Positions 9,535-18,616 of a stretch of DNA of 64,000 bases are shown here, piece by piece. Each line of letters starts with the position of its first letter. The stretch's first letter is position 1. The notes under the pieces were generated by a model that worked only from the letters and a program-made list of their open reading frames with translations, had not been told where the DNA came from and did not search any database. A program made the translations under genes and the position numbers. The stretch comes from Paludibacteraceae bacterium (GTDB taxonomy: Bacteria; Bacteroidota; Bacteroidia; Bacteroidales; Paludibacteraceae): the NCBI GenBank assembly GCA_036734385.1, contig DAIMYQ010000004.1:24375-88374 (forward strand), given 5' to 3'.

Positions 9535-10809
9535 TTATTTAATATTTCTTACAACGTCTTTGCCAAAACTCTTGCTAACCAATCTTCTGTCTCGAGGACG
9601 GTAAGTTCCGTCTTCCATTTCTCGAAGCATGACTTTGCTAAAGAGTTTAAACATTTTTTCTTCTTGACTTTCATCTTGGTAAAAAGCTTTCCAGGCATAG
9701 TCGTAAAGTTCTTGCAATCGTTGAGGAGTCATATGTTTTGGTTGATACACCACTTGACCGGCATTGTAATGATTCCAATCGTGGTCGAAGATTCTACCTT
9801 GACGCAATAAGTCATCATATGCTTTGGTATGAGGAAATGGTGCCAATACGGTAAATTCGGCTAAATCCAGATTTATCTCCAATAAGAAATCAATCAAACG
9901 CAAAATATCGTCTTCCGTTTGATTATCAAGACCTAATAAAATAGTTCCTTCTACCCCTATACCGTGGTCGTGATAACGTTTTACACGTTCTTTAATATAA
10001 TCGGAGGTGTCGTAAACGGCTTGATATACATACCAAGAACCTGCTTGTGCTGCTAAATCAAGCACTTGTGGATCATCTTCAATGGTGTGGCTTATGAATT
10101 TTTTCTTTAAGGGAATCATATTTTTGAATAATTCCATTTCCCATTCTTTGCTTTGTGCGAGCGAATTATCTACAATAAATAGACGATTATTATCAATCGT
10201 TTCGAGTTCCTCTATTACTTTGTCTATAGGGCGAGGTCGGAAACAACGACCGCCTAAATACGAGACAGCACAAGGATAACAACTAAACTTACAGCCACGA
10301 GAAGCGTGCATCAGATCAACCATTTGAACGCCTTTGTGATTGTATAGTTCGTGCTTTAATATGTCACGTCTGGCAGGACCAACCAATTCTATTGCCGGAT
10401 GCTGGTTCATGAAATTGTATAGTGATTTTAGGTCATTTTTCAAAAAATCTCCAAAAACTTGTTCCATTCTACCTTCACATTCTCCTAAAAATACAGAATC
10501 GGCATGTTGTAATGTTTCTTCAGCGTGAAGCATAGTGGCAATGCCACCAAAGATTACTTTTTTACCTCTTTTTCTAAATTTTTCTGAAATTTCCCAACCG
10601 CGTTTTGCCTGAACGGTAAGCATCATCGAAATTCCTACAAAATCACACTCTTCATCAAAATTGATTTCTTCTACATTTTCATCAGTAAATGAAACCGTAA
10701 CATAATCAGGTAAGGCTGCTGCCATAACTACCGGTCCGTGAGGCGGCAAATTAAATGTGGTTTGCCCTTTCAGTTTCGTCCATTTTGGATAAATTAATTT
10801 AAAAATCAT
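9535..10809 (-). CDS. B12-binding-domain radical SAM enzyme
   Basis: CxxxCxxC cluster motif in ASRGCKFSCYPCAV. The N-terminal ~130 aa are Rossmann-like and cobalamin-domain-like (FVGISMMLT...VIFGGIATMLH). Confidence 0.85.
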   Translation of the reverse strand: MIFKLIYPKWTKLKGQTTFNLPPHGPVVMAAALPDYVTVSFTDENVEEINFDEECDFVGISMMLTVQAKRGWEISEKFRKRGKKVIFGGIATMLHAEETLQHADSVFLGECEGRMEQVFGDFLKNDLKSLYNFMNQHPAIELVGPARRDILKHELYNHKGVQMVDLMHASRGCKFSCYPCAVSYLGGRCFRPRPIDKVIEELETIDNNRLFIVDNSLAQSKEWEMELFKNMIPLKKKFISHTIEDDPQVLDLAAQAGSWYVYQAVYDTSDYIKERVKRYHDHGIGVEGTILLGLDNQTEDDILRLIDFLLEINLDLAEFTVLAPFPHTKAYDDLLRQGRIFDHDWNHYNAGQVVYQPKHMTPQRLQELYDYAWKAFYQDESQEEKMFKLFSKVMLREMEDGTYRPRDRRLVSKSFGKDVVRNIK

Positions 10810-10832
10810 AATTTTATTGTATTAATTGTTAT

Positions 10833-11084
10833 TTATTTTTTGAAGTATGGTCTCAACACTTTGTTCCATGCTAATACATATTGTAACTGTTTGTCTTGTA
10901 TATGGGTTTCAATAAATTTACTTATGTAAGAAAATATTTTCCTTACCATACCGTTTTCTTGCAATTCGCCATCAATTTTGTAATTTCGTTCAAGAATAGT
11001 TGTGGTAAATTCTTCCTTGCAAAGTAAACAAGCCGTTACCAAACCGCCAATTCCACCTTTTATTATGACAACATTTTTGCTCAT
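10833..11084 (-). pseudogene. 83-codon stub of a CrtI/phytoene-desaturase-family FAD oxidoreductase paralogue (dinucleotide-binding N-terminus only)
   Basis: NVVIIKGGIGGLVTACLLCKEEFTTTILERNYKIDGELQ aligns by eye with DVAIIGSGLGGLVCGYILSKFGYKVIVLEKHYQIGGCLQ of the neighbouring 500-aa enzyme. The first Gly of GxGxxG is Lys, and the ORF stops after 83 codons. Its start overlaps the upstream stop (TAATG). Confidence 0.5.
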
Positions 11085-12577
11085 TAATGATTATTGATAT
11101 CTTTTATAATTGTATTAATACCCAAAAATTCCGAACAAGTAATAATGGAACCTATAATTACACCAAGAATTCCATGAGAATTGATATTTTGTCCCGTCAT
11201 AAATAAATTGGGTATTCGTGTTCGTTGCGAAACCAATGTTTGTACAGGTGAATTTTTATCACGGATTATTCCGTACATAGAACCTTCTTTTGTTCCTGTA
11301 TAATTGATGTATGTTAATGGAGATGAACTTGAATAGGATTCAATGTTGGCAAGGATGCCTGGGAATGATTTTTCAAGTGTCTCTAGTAATCGGTGGGCTT
11401 TTTTTTCTTTAAATTCTAAATAGTCATTACCTCGTTTTTCCACCTCAGTTCCATCCCATTTGGCTACTTCGCTGTATTTCATGTAACCAATGAGCAAAGC
11501 TCCTTCGGAAAAATTGCCACCATTTTCGGGAGCTTGGTGCATATACAAGAAATTCAAGGGCCAGTTTTTTTCTGTATAATTTTCGGATTCCCAAGTGTTT
11601 TTGATTGCGTAATAGTAAAAATTAGAATTTAAATAGGGAACAGTATTTTTTTTAAATTTGATATACACAGTAAAATTAGAAATGGTATTTTCCAAATTGG
11701 TAACTCTTTCTCGGTAAGCTTTACGAATAAGCGGAGTATTTAGTTTTTCTAATGTCAACTGTGGATGCATATTCGAAATGAAGCTTTTTGCTTCAATTGT
11801 TTCGCCGTTTTTCAGTTCCACAGAGATAGCTCTTTCGTCATTGCAATTAATCTTTTCTACTTCCGAGTTGGTGAGAATTTCCCCTCCAAATTTGTTGATA
11901 GAATTGGCTAATGATTTAGCAATACTATCACTACCTCCCACTATTCTGTAAGCACTTTGAATATAAAAATTATGAATCAAGGCATGGATATACATCGGTG
12001 TTTTGTCCTTTTTCCCTGCATACAAAGGTAGATTCCCGGTAAGCACATTTTGCAAAACCTCGTCTTTGGTAATGGAATTGAGAAATTCATTTACGCTCCA
12101 TTTCACCGTGTGTGGACTCAAAAAAACACTGTCATTAATTTCATTGATGTTGTACAATGGAGATTCTTTTGCCACATCTACAATGGAATGAACATAATTT
12201 TCAAGCGATTGTTTTTCTTTGGGAAATCGCTGAGATAGGCTTTCAATGAAATGATCATAACCCATTGGAATTTTAAAAATTTCACCATTTGTTGCAATCG
12301 TGTCAAATCCTGATTCATCCAATTTTCGTAACCTAACCGTATCCAATAAATTTAGGTAACTGAAATATCGGTGTAGCACTTGACCTTCGTCCATGCTCCC
12401 AATGTAGTGCATTCCGGTATCGTAGGTAACTCCGTTGCGACGAAATGTTTGCAAACAACCGCCTATCTGATAATGTTTCTCAAGGACGATGACTTTATAC
12501 CCGAATTTGCTTAGTATATATCCGCATACCAAGCCTCCCAGTCCACTCCCTATTATAGCTACATCGTATTTCTTCAT
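11084..12577 (-). CDS. NAD(P)/FAD-dependent oxidoreductase, phytoene desaturase (CrtI) family
   Basis: Contains YDVAIIGSGLGGLVCG (GxGxxG) followed by VLEKH...GG. Length is ~497 aa. I prefer the ATG at 12577 (MKKYD) over the track's TTG at 12586. Confidence 0.8.
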   Translation of the reverse strand: MKKYDVAIIGSGLGGLVCGYILSKFGYKVIVLEKHYQIGGCLQTFRRNGVTYDTGMHYIGSMDEGQVLHRYFSYLNLLDTVRLRKLDESGFDTIATNGEIFKIPMGYDHFIESLSQRFPKEKQSLENYVHSIVDVAKESPLYNINEINDSVFLSPHTVKWSVNEFLNSITKDEVLQNVLTGNLPLYAGKKDKTPMYIHALIHNFYIQSAYRIVGGSDSIAKSLANSINKFGGEILTNSEVEKINCNDERAISVELKNGETIEAKSFISNMHPQLTLEKLNTPLIRKAYRERVTNLENTISNFTVYIKFKKNTVPYLNSNFYYYAIKNTWESENYTEKNWPLNFLYMHQAPENGGNFSEGALLIGYMKYSEVAKWDGTEVEKRGNDYLEFKEKKAHRLLETLEKSFPGILANIESYSSSSPLTYINYTGTKEGSMYGIIRDKNSPVQTLVSQRTRIPNLFMTGQNINSHGILGVIIGSIITCSEFLGINTIIKDINNH

Positions 12578-12582
12578 TATTG

Positions 12583-15500
12583 TCAATTTGCAAGTATAGT
12601 ATAATTGTCAGAATTTGTCTTTAGGCACAAATTCTCCATGCTCATAAACATCTCGTAATTTTTATTCTTTTTATCGACTAATATAAACATTGGTCTATCT
12701 TTTTTTATAAAAGGCTCAATCATTTCAATATTATCAGGGTTGATTATTGTAATAAAATCAAATGCTATGTTTTTCGGTTGTGTATTAAATTGTACTCGAT
12801 TTGGCAAAGAAGCACAATTGGATGCGAGAGCAATTTTATCTTCATCAACGTCAAAAGCAATTATTTGCAGGTCTTTTTTTACCAAAGAACACATAAGTAC
12901 AAAAACTCCATATGCACAAAAGGGGTTGAGCATGGTGCCGTTATTGGGCAATAAATTAATTAGTTTTTCGAAATTTTCATACTGTTTCAATTGGTGTTTG
13001 GCATATTTTTCTATGCCGGCTCCCTTGTAAATATAGTTGTGATACACCAAACTGTGGTAATAAGCCGGTGTTTCGCATTGTTGTTGCAAAATTGAGTATT
13101 CTCGTTTATATAGCTGGCGAATTTGTTTGGTGCGGTGTGTATAATTTTCGCCGAATTGTTTGTTTTCAGGCGATATTCGTTCTAGAATTTCCATCGTTAT
13201 TTTACCTCTGCGGAGTAACAATTCAGATTTTGGTAATGCGTGTCCAATGCCATGAACGATAAGGGGAATAATATCTACGTTTAACTGTTCGGCAAGAAAA
13301 AATGCCCCACGATGGAAACGTAAAATGGAACAATCTTCAGAGCGTGTTCCTTCCGGAAAGATAGCGACAGAATAACCCTTATTGATGATAGAGGCTAATT
13401 TTTCAATACTATTTTCAATGCCATTCATTACGGGGTAAAAATCGGCATATCTTATCAGTTTGCCATAAAAAGGAGAGTTCCATACCCATTCGTTAGTCAG
13501 TACCACTATTTTAGGAGAGAGCATCAATACAAACATTAAATCTAAGTGGGATTGATGGTTACAAATAATGATTCCGGGTTTTTCAAAGGTTTCCTTGTAT
13601 TTATTCTCAATTTTTGTTTGTACCAACGGAAGATGCTTTACAACAAAACGAGATGTTTTAAATAATGCTTTGTGATACTTCAATCTGCGTTTTTCTGTTT
13701 TTTTCCTGAATCCAAACAGGGTAAAGCCATAAACGGTAAGGCAGAAACTTCCTGCCAAAAAGAACAAAAACGAATAAATGGTTGCGAAAGAATGTGTAAA
13801 GGTTACCGGAATTAGTCGTTTTTTGCCTTTTTTGGTGGTAATATAGCTATAGAGCAATGGGGGAATTACGTACGAAATAATCACAACCGAAATCATCCCA
13901 ATAATAGTAACATTCGCCAATGATCGCATCGCCGGGTGTTTCGCAAAAACCAAGGTTCCAATACCAATAAACATGGTAATGGCGGATAAAGCAACGGCTT
14001 GCTTGTAAGAGGCAAGTAGTTTTCGCTTATATCCGTACTCATTCATCATTCCGTCCATCATAAATATGGTGTAGTCGTCACCTAAACCGAAAATAAATGT
14101 GGCAAGAATGATGTTTACAATATTGAATCGAATGTCAAACATTGACATGATTCCCAAAATCCAAATCCAGCTTATTGCCATTGGAAGAAATGAAATCAAA
14201 CTGAGTTCTAACCTTCCAAATGAAATGGTTAAAAACGCTAAGACAAGGAAGCTACACAAATACAATACTGTGTTAAAGTCAGTGGAAAGTACACTTAATA
14301 GTGATTTTGAGAAACTTTCTGAATCGAACACAAATGAGTTCCCTTTGGTAAGAGTTTTAGAAACATCTCCGCTTTTTTCGGGAGTTGTATAAAGGACGGT
14401 AATTACTGCTGCTCTATTGTTTTTTTGGATAAGATAGTCTTTTACGAAATTATTCGTAATAATTGAAAAAAACGATGTGGGCTGAACGGTGTACGTTTGA
14501 TCTAATTGATTGAAGAACAAATCAAAACTTTGTTCTTTGAAACCGACTGCATGACCTTGTTCGAGTAAGTTCTTTTTCAGAGATTCTTTGCGAGTAGCCC
14601 AAAAAGAATTCCAACGTTCAATTTTGATTTTTTGCAAGGAATCAGAGGGCAAAAAAGCTCCGACTCCGGCGGTTTGTAGTATTTCTCCCGAAGCATGCAG
14701 CGAATCTATGACTGGTCGTTGCTTTTCATACTCTCTCAGAGCGGTTTCTATTGTTTTTCCTTCGGCAACATAATACACGTTTTTTTTGCCCAAGGTGGTA
14801 AAATCGCTTATTTCATTGAAGGCTTTGCGTTGTTCAGATTTCATGAAATTTATTTTGTTCATGTCCGATTCGAATGAAACGCCAAACGAAAAAACGAAAA
14901 ATAAGGCAGTTAAGACTAATATACCAAGAAGAATATATTGATTCTTTTCGTAACGGTATCCTGTTATTTTATCAAAGAAATTCTGTTTGGTATGTTCCGG
15001 TTCTATTTTCGTTTTTTGTATCAAATGGGGCATAAAAATAAGGACAAAAAACAAGGTGCCAATCAAAGAAAATGCTGCAAACAAACCGAAGTCTCGCATA
15101 GAATCGGCACTAATGAACAGTAAACTTAGGAAAGCTCCAATGGTTGTGATACTACCCGTTACCATTGGTGAAGCTAAATCTTTTATAACTTTCGAAACAT
15201 CTTGCTCGTGCTTGGCATGAATTAAAAAGTGTAAAGAATAACTTATTGCAATCCCGAAAATAACGGAACCGGCTCCTATCGCAATCGCCGATATTGTTCC
15301 TTTAACGAAATATAGTGCAGCTAATGACAGTAATGCTCCAAAAACTACAGGAACGGCAATCAATATAATGGATTTGAAACTTCGGAAAAACCAAAATAGT
15401 AATGATAAAATCAGAATAACTGCTATAATGATTGATATATACGAATCTTTTTTAATTTGCTCTGCATTCGTCACTGCAATTGGAGCCGAACCAAAATAGG

Positions 15501-16263
15501 TGATATTTACAGAATGATTAAATTGTTTACTTACTCGCTGAACTCCGGAATCTATGATGGCAACTAAATCTTTGTTTTTTGCTGTTTCACTTGCAGAATG
15601 AGCCGATGTGATGAAAAACATCAAATGATTTCCTTTCTTTGAAAAAATATAATCGTTATAATCTTCATATTGATCACTTACTTGGAAATTTTTCAATCGC
15701 AGGAGGGTAGAACCTGATAAATGCAACGGGTCGGCAATCGTGTTCTTTTTTAATATCATGCCTGCAGGAGAGACAAGAATTTTTTTGTTATTTTCCAGTA
15801 ATTTATAAATTTTATCAGGCTGTAATATTGAATCAATATGTTGATAATCTGATTCTTCCAAAAAATAAGGGATGTTTTGAGTGATGAAATTGGAAACTTC
15901 AAATATTTGTTCTTGATTTACTTTGTAAAACATCTCTTTTACCAAAGATTTGTTTTCGGTTGCAGAATCAATGTAACCGGCGAAAACTTCTGCAGCTTCT
16001 GCTAGTTTTTCTTTTCCCTCATCGGTGTCAGCATTTTTTGTTGAGAAACGAATGATTATTTTATCAGCAATTTGAATGTTCTTGTATACAAAATTTATTT
16101 TTTCGCTGTTTTTATCATTCGGCATAAAGCCCGAAATATCTTCTTCCAAAGAAATTTTAGAAGCACATATTCCCATTACTCCCAATAAAATAACAAGAAG
16201 TGAGATGCGAAACCATTTATGATTCCGCAAAAAAGAATATATATGTAAAAAGAATTCAGTCAT
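12583..16263 (-). CDS. Fusion protein: MMPL/RND-type transporter + LPLAT acyltransferase + class I methyltransferase-like C-terminal domain
   Basis: 1226 aa. There are two multi-TM bundles (around residues 270-420 and 680-830) with large loops, which is MMPL-like. The acyltransferase motifs are CNHQSHLD (nt 13540-13560) and FPEGTRS (nt 13339-13359). The C-terminal ~140 aa have the beta-2 acidic motif IIAFDVDEDKI but a degenerate glycine loop (LNPFCAYGVF). Confidence 0.85.
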   Translation of the reverse strand: MTEFFLHIYSFLRNHKWFRISLLVILLGVMGICASKISLEEDISGFMPNDKNSEKINFVYKNIQIADKIIIRFSTKNADTDEGKEKLAEAAEVFAGYIDSATENKSLVKEMFYKVNQEQIFEVSNFITQNIPYFLEESDYQHIDSILQPDKIYKLLENNKKILVSPAGMILKKNTIADPLHLSGSTLLRLKNFQVSDQYEDYNDYIFSKKGNHLMFFITSAHSASETAKNKDLVAIIDSGVQRVSKQFNHSVNITYFGSAPIAVTNAEQIKKDSYISIIIAVILILSLLFWFFRSFKSIILIAVPVVFGALLSLAALYFVKGTISAIAIGAGSVIFGIAISYSLHFLIHAKHEQDVSKVIKDLASPMVTGSITTIGAFLSLLFISADSMRDFGLFAAFSLIGTLFFVLIFMPHLIQKTKIEPEHTKQNFFDKITGYRYEKNQYILLGILVLTALFFVFSFGVSFESDMNKINFMKSEQRKAFNEISDFTTLGKKNVYYVAEGKTIETALREYEKQRPVIDSLHASGEILQTAGVGAFLPSDSLQKIKIERWNSFWATRKESLKKNLLEQGHAVGFKEQSFDLFFNQLDQTYTVQPTSFFSIITNNFVKDYLIQKNNRAAVITVLYTTPEKSGDVSKTLTKGNSFVFDSESFSKSLLSVLSTDFNTVLYLCSFLVLAFLTISFGRLELSLISFLPMAISWIWILGIMSMFDIRFNIVNIILATFIFGLGDDYTIFMMDGMMNEYGYKRKLLASYKQAVALSAITMFIGIGTLVFAKHPAMRSLANVTIIGMISVVIISYVIPPLLYSYITTKKGKKRLIPVTFTHSFATIYSFLFFLAGSFCLTVYGFTLFGFRKKTEKRRLKYHKALFKTSRFVVKHLPLVQTKIENKYKETFEKPGIIICNHQSHLDLMFVLMLSPKIVVLTNEWVWNSPFYGKLIRYADFYPVMNGIENSIEKLASIINKGYSVAIFPEGTRSEDCSILRFHRGAFFLAEQLNVDIIPLIVHGIGHALPKSELLLRRGKITMEILERISPENKQFGENYTHRTKQIRQLYKREYSILQQQCETPAYYHSLVYHNYIYKGAGIEKYAKHQLKQYENFEKLINLLPNNGTMLNPFCAYGVFVLMCSLVKKDLQIIAFDVDEDKIALASNCASLPNRVQFNTQPKNIAFDFITIINPDNIEMIEPFIKKDRPMFILVDKKNKNYEMFMSMENLCLKTNSDNYTILAN

Positions 16264-16264
16264 T

Positions 16265-17029
16265 CTACTTTTTAGTTAACTTATGAATGAACATAGATGG
16301 ATATCCGTACAAAATTGCCAAAATAACGAGTACGGTGTTTAATAAACTGATTCTAAAAAAATCCTGAAACGGACGAAAATGTGATACTTTTTCGTCTTTT
16401 GGTGGGTAATATACTGAAATTTTTATTGGTCGCATATCAATTCCACGCCAAGCGGAAAAAACCAGCATTTCTAATTCTGCTTCGTATCGATTTGTCCAAA
16501 CTTTCATGTTTCCCATTCTTTCTAAAGGGTAAAGTCTATAACCTGATTGTGTATCGGGCAAATTAATTCCTGTTTGTAAACGATACCAAAAATTGGAAAA
16601 TTTATTGGCAAAGGAGCTTCCCCCATCCATATTTGCTTGTTGTAATAACCGACTGCCTACTACAAAAGAATCAGGGTGCTGTTCTATTTCAGTTACAAAA
16701 TTTACAATGTCTTTGGCATAATGTTGTCCATCCGAATCAATTGTTAAGGCATAGTGGAATCCTGATGATAATGCCTTTTTGAATCCCGTAGTTAGTGCAC
16801 TTCCTTTTCCCTTATTCGAAGCATATTCTATAATTTCAATTCTATTGGCATAGGTTTTTAGTAATTCACTTGTAGAATCGGTTGAACCATCGTTTACCAC
16901 AATAATATCGGCAGTAAATTCAAGAATAGAATTTATTACTTGTCCAATCGTTTTTTCATTATTGTATGTCGGAACGACTACTACTATTTTTAAATCACGT
17001 AATCGTTCTGCTATAGATTTTTCGCTCAT
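16265..17029 (-). CDS. Family 2 glycosyltransferase with a C-terminal TM helix
   Basis: VVVPTYNNEKTI, VNDGSTDST, DSDGQH (DxD) and a C-terminal hydrophobic helix. I prefer the start at MSEKSIAERL (ATG 17029), which gives an ATGA overlap with the upstream gene. Confidence 0.8.
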   Translation of the reverse strand: MSEKSIAERLRDLKIVVVVPTYNNEKTIGQVINSILEFTADIIVVNDGSTDSTSELLKTYANRIEIIEYASNKGKGSALTTGFKKALSSGFHYALTIDSDGQHYAKDIVNFVTEIEQHPDSFVVGSRLLQQANMDGGSSFANKFSNFWYRLQTGINLPDTQSGYRLYPLERMGNMKVWTNRYEAELEMLVFSAWRGIDMRPIKISVYYPPKDEKVSHFRPFQDFFRISLLNTVLVILAILYGYPSMFIHKLTKK

Positions 17030-17400
17030 AAAATAGTATAAATGGCACTCATTTTTGTAAAACAAGTATCGGCGTTTTCTACGATTAGGTTAGCTGAAAT
17101 AGTTCCGTCTTCATTTTTCTTTGAAGTTATTTTGAAGCTTATTATTGTTGTCGAATCTGGAATGATAACTTGCAGAAATTTAACGTTTCGCATTGTTTTC
17201 ATAAACAGTTTTAAGTCGTAGTGAGATTCGATCAATTGTTTTAATATCTCAATGATACAAACTCCTGGTGTAATGGGGTTTCCAGGGAAATGAGCATTGT
17301 AAATAGGGTGTTTTTCATTGAAGGAAACATCAACATCAAAACCTGTTGCTGTATTGCGTTTTCCCTTTATCATATATAAGTTATCTAGCATCATAATCAT
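17026..17400 (-). CDS. FabA/FabZ-like hotdog-fold 3-hydroxyacyl-ACP dehydratase
   Basis: Contains the HFPGNPITPGV catalytic-His motif. 124 aa. ATGA overlaps at both ends. Confidence 0.7.
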   Translation of the reverse strand: MIMMLDNLYMIKGKRNTATGFDVDVSFNEKHPIYNAHFPGNPITPGVCIIEILKQLIESHYDLKLFMKTMRNVKFLQVIIPDSTTIISFKITSKKNEDGTISANLIVENADTCFTKMSAIYTIL

Positions 17401-17999
17401 TTAATAGGCGTAAATGTGTATGTGATATTATGTTTACTGTTTCTAAATATGATTGTATCATTTGAGTTTCTCAAAATTCCTGTTTCTTCCTTCTCTTTTG
17501 CACGGCTGGCAAGCGGAATTCGTTTTGCCCATGCAATTCTTCCGGAATTATTCAATTCATATTGAAATTTGGTAGAATTGTAAATAATAAATTGCCTGTT
17601 TTCGGGCACATTGGCTTCCATAAAAATAAAAGCCAAATCAGAGGCAAGCATTCGCTTAATATACCACTTATCCAATTTTGATAGAATGGATAAAATTTTG
17701 CAATTGCCTTCACTTGTTTGAAATGAGAAGCTTTTGATTCCAAATTCGTTCATAAACATTCCTGTAACCGTATCTTGTTTCAGTTTTGCAATTGTGATTC
17801 CCGAAATTTGTGCATCTTTAATAGAAATAGTTGTTCTTAGTCGAAGGTTGGACGAATCGGGGAAAATAAAACAGGATATTTCATTTGCAGAGGTCGAAGA
17901 ATTAGCTCCATTCGAACTGATTTTTTGTGCACATGATGACCCGAAAAGAACTATGTTAATTGATACGAAACAAATCGTCAGAAATCGCTTTGTTGACAT
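17397..17999 (-). CDS. Putative lipoprotein of unknown function
   Basis: Signal peptide with a lipobox-like LFGSSC. It sits in the position occupied by small lipoproteins in aryl-polyene clusters. It overlaps the upstream gene by 44 nt. Confidence 0.55.
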   Translation of the reverse strand: MSTKRFLTICFVSINIVLFGSSCAQKISSNGANSSTSANEISCFIFPDSSNLRLRTTISIKDAQISGITIAKLKQDTVTGMFMNEFGIKSFSFQTSEGNCKILSILSKLDKWYIKRMLASDLAFIFMEANVPENRQFIIYNSTKFQYELNNSGRIAWAKRIPLASRAKEKEETGILRNSNDTIIFRNSKHNITYTFTPIK

Positions 18000-18600
18000 G
18001 CTTGGTTGTAAAATTTATAATTGTTTTATCTCCGCCCTGTTCCATCATTTCTATGGTTTGTACTAACCAATCTTTTTTAGAAAATGTAAGAGAAACGGTT
18101 GTCATCATTTTCTTCAATTCTTTGTCTTTGGGTGTCATTTTCACCACTACCGTATTTTGCCCCACATAATATTGTGATGAAAATTTGTTTTCATTGGTAA
18201 GCATTGTTCCGTTTACGCAACCAATCATTATTTCACTTATTCCTCTGAATAGTTTATTCGTGTTTGCATCAAATTTATCCGTTCTGCTTTCGTTTTTGAT
18301 TAAAACTTTTCCACCACTCAAAATAAAAAGATATTTATAGGGAGTGTCATATTGCCAACGCAAACTGTTTTGTTTTTTGAAGTACATGATTCCTTCAGAA
18401 ACAAATTTTTCTGCCAAAACGGATATCTCTTTTTTTTGAGTAAAGTTGCATTGCAAAGAACTAGTTGTTGACGATATCTTTGAAATATTTGATTTAATCT
18501 CTTGTTTTTGAGTTTCTGTTGCTGATTTTAAATTTTCGGCATTTGCTATGCCCGTTGAAAGCAAACAAATCAAGCAAACAATACATTTCACAAATTTCAT
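17956..18600 (-). CDS. LolA-like outer-membrane lipoprotein-carrier-fold protein
   Basis: Signal peptide MKFVKCIVCLICLLSTGIANA. The predicted beta-rich ~190-aa body (FTQKKEISVLAEKFVSEGIMYFKKQNSLRWQY) resembles LolA-like proteins of APE clusters. I prefer the start at 18600 over the track's 18633. Confidence 0.6.
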   Translation of the reverse strand: MKFVKCIVCLICLLSTGIANAENLKSATETQKQEIKSNISKISSTTSSLQCNFTQKKEISVLAEKFVSEGIMYFKKQNSLRWQYDTPYKYLFILSGGKVLIKNESRTDKFDANTNKLFRGISEIMIGCVNGTMLTNENKFSSQYYVGQNTVVVKMTPKDKELKKMMTTVSLTFSKKDWLVQTIEMMEQGGDKTIINFTTKHVNKAISDDLFRIN

Positions 18601-18616
18601 AATATAACATTTAAAA

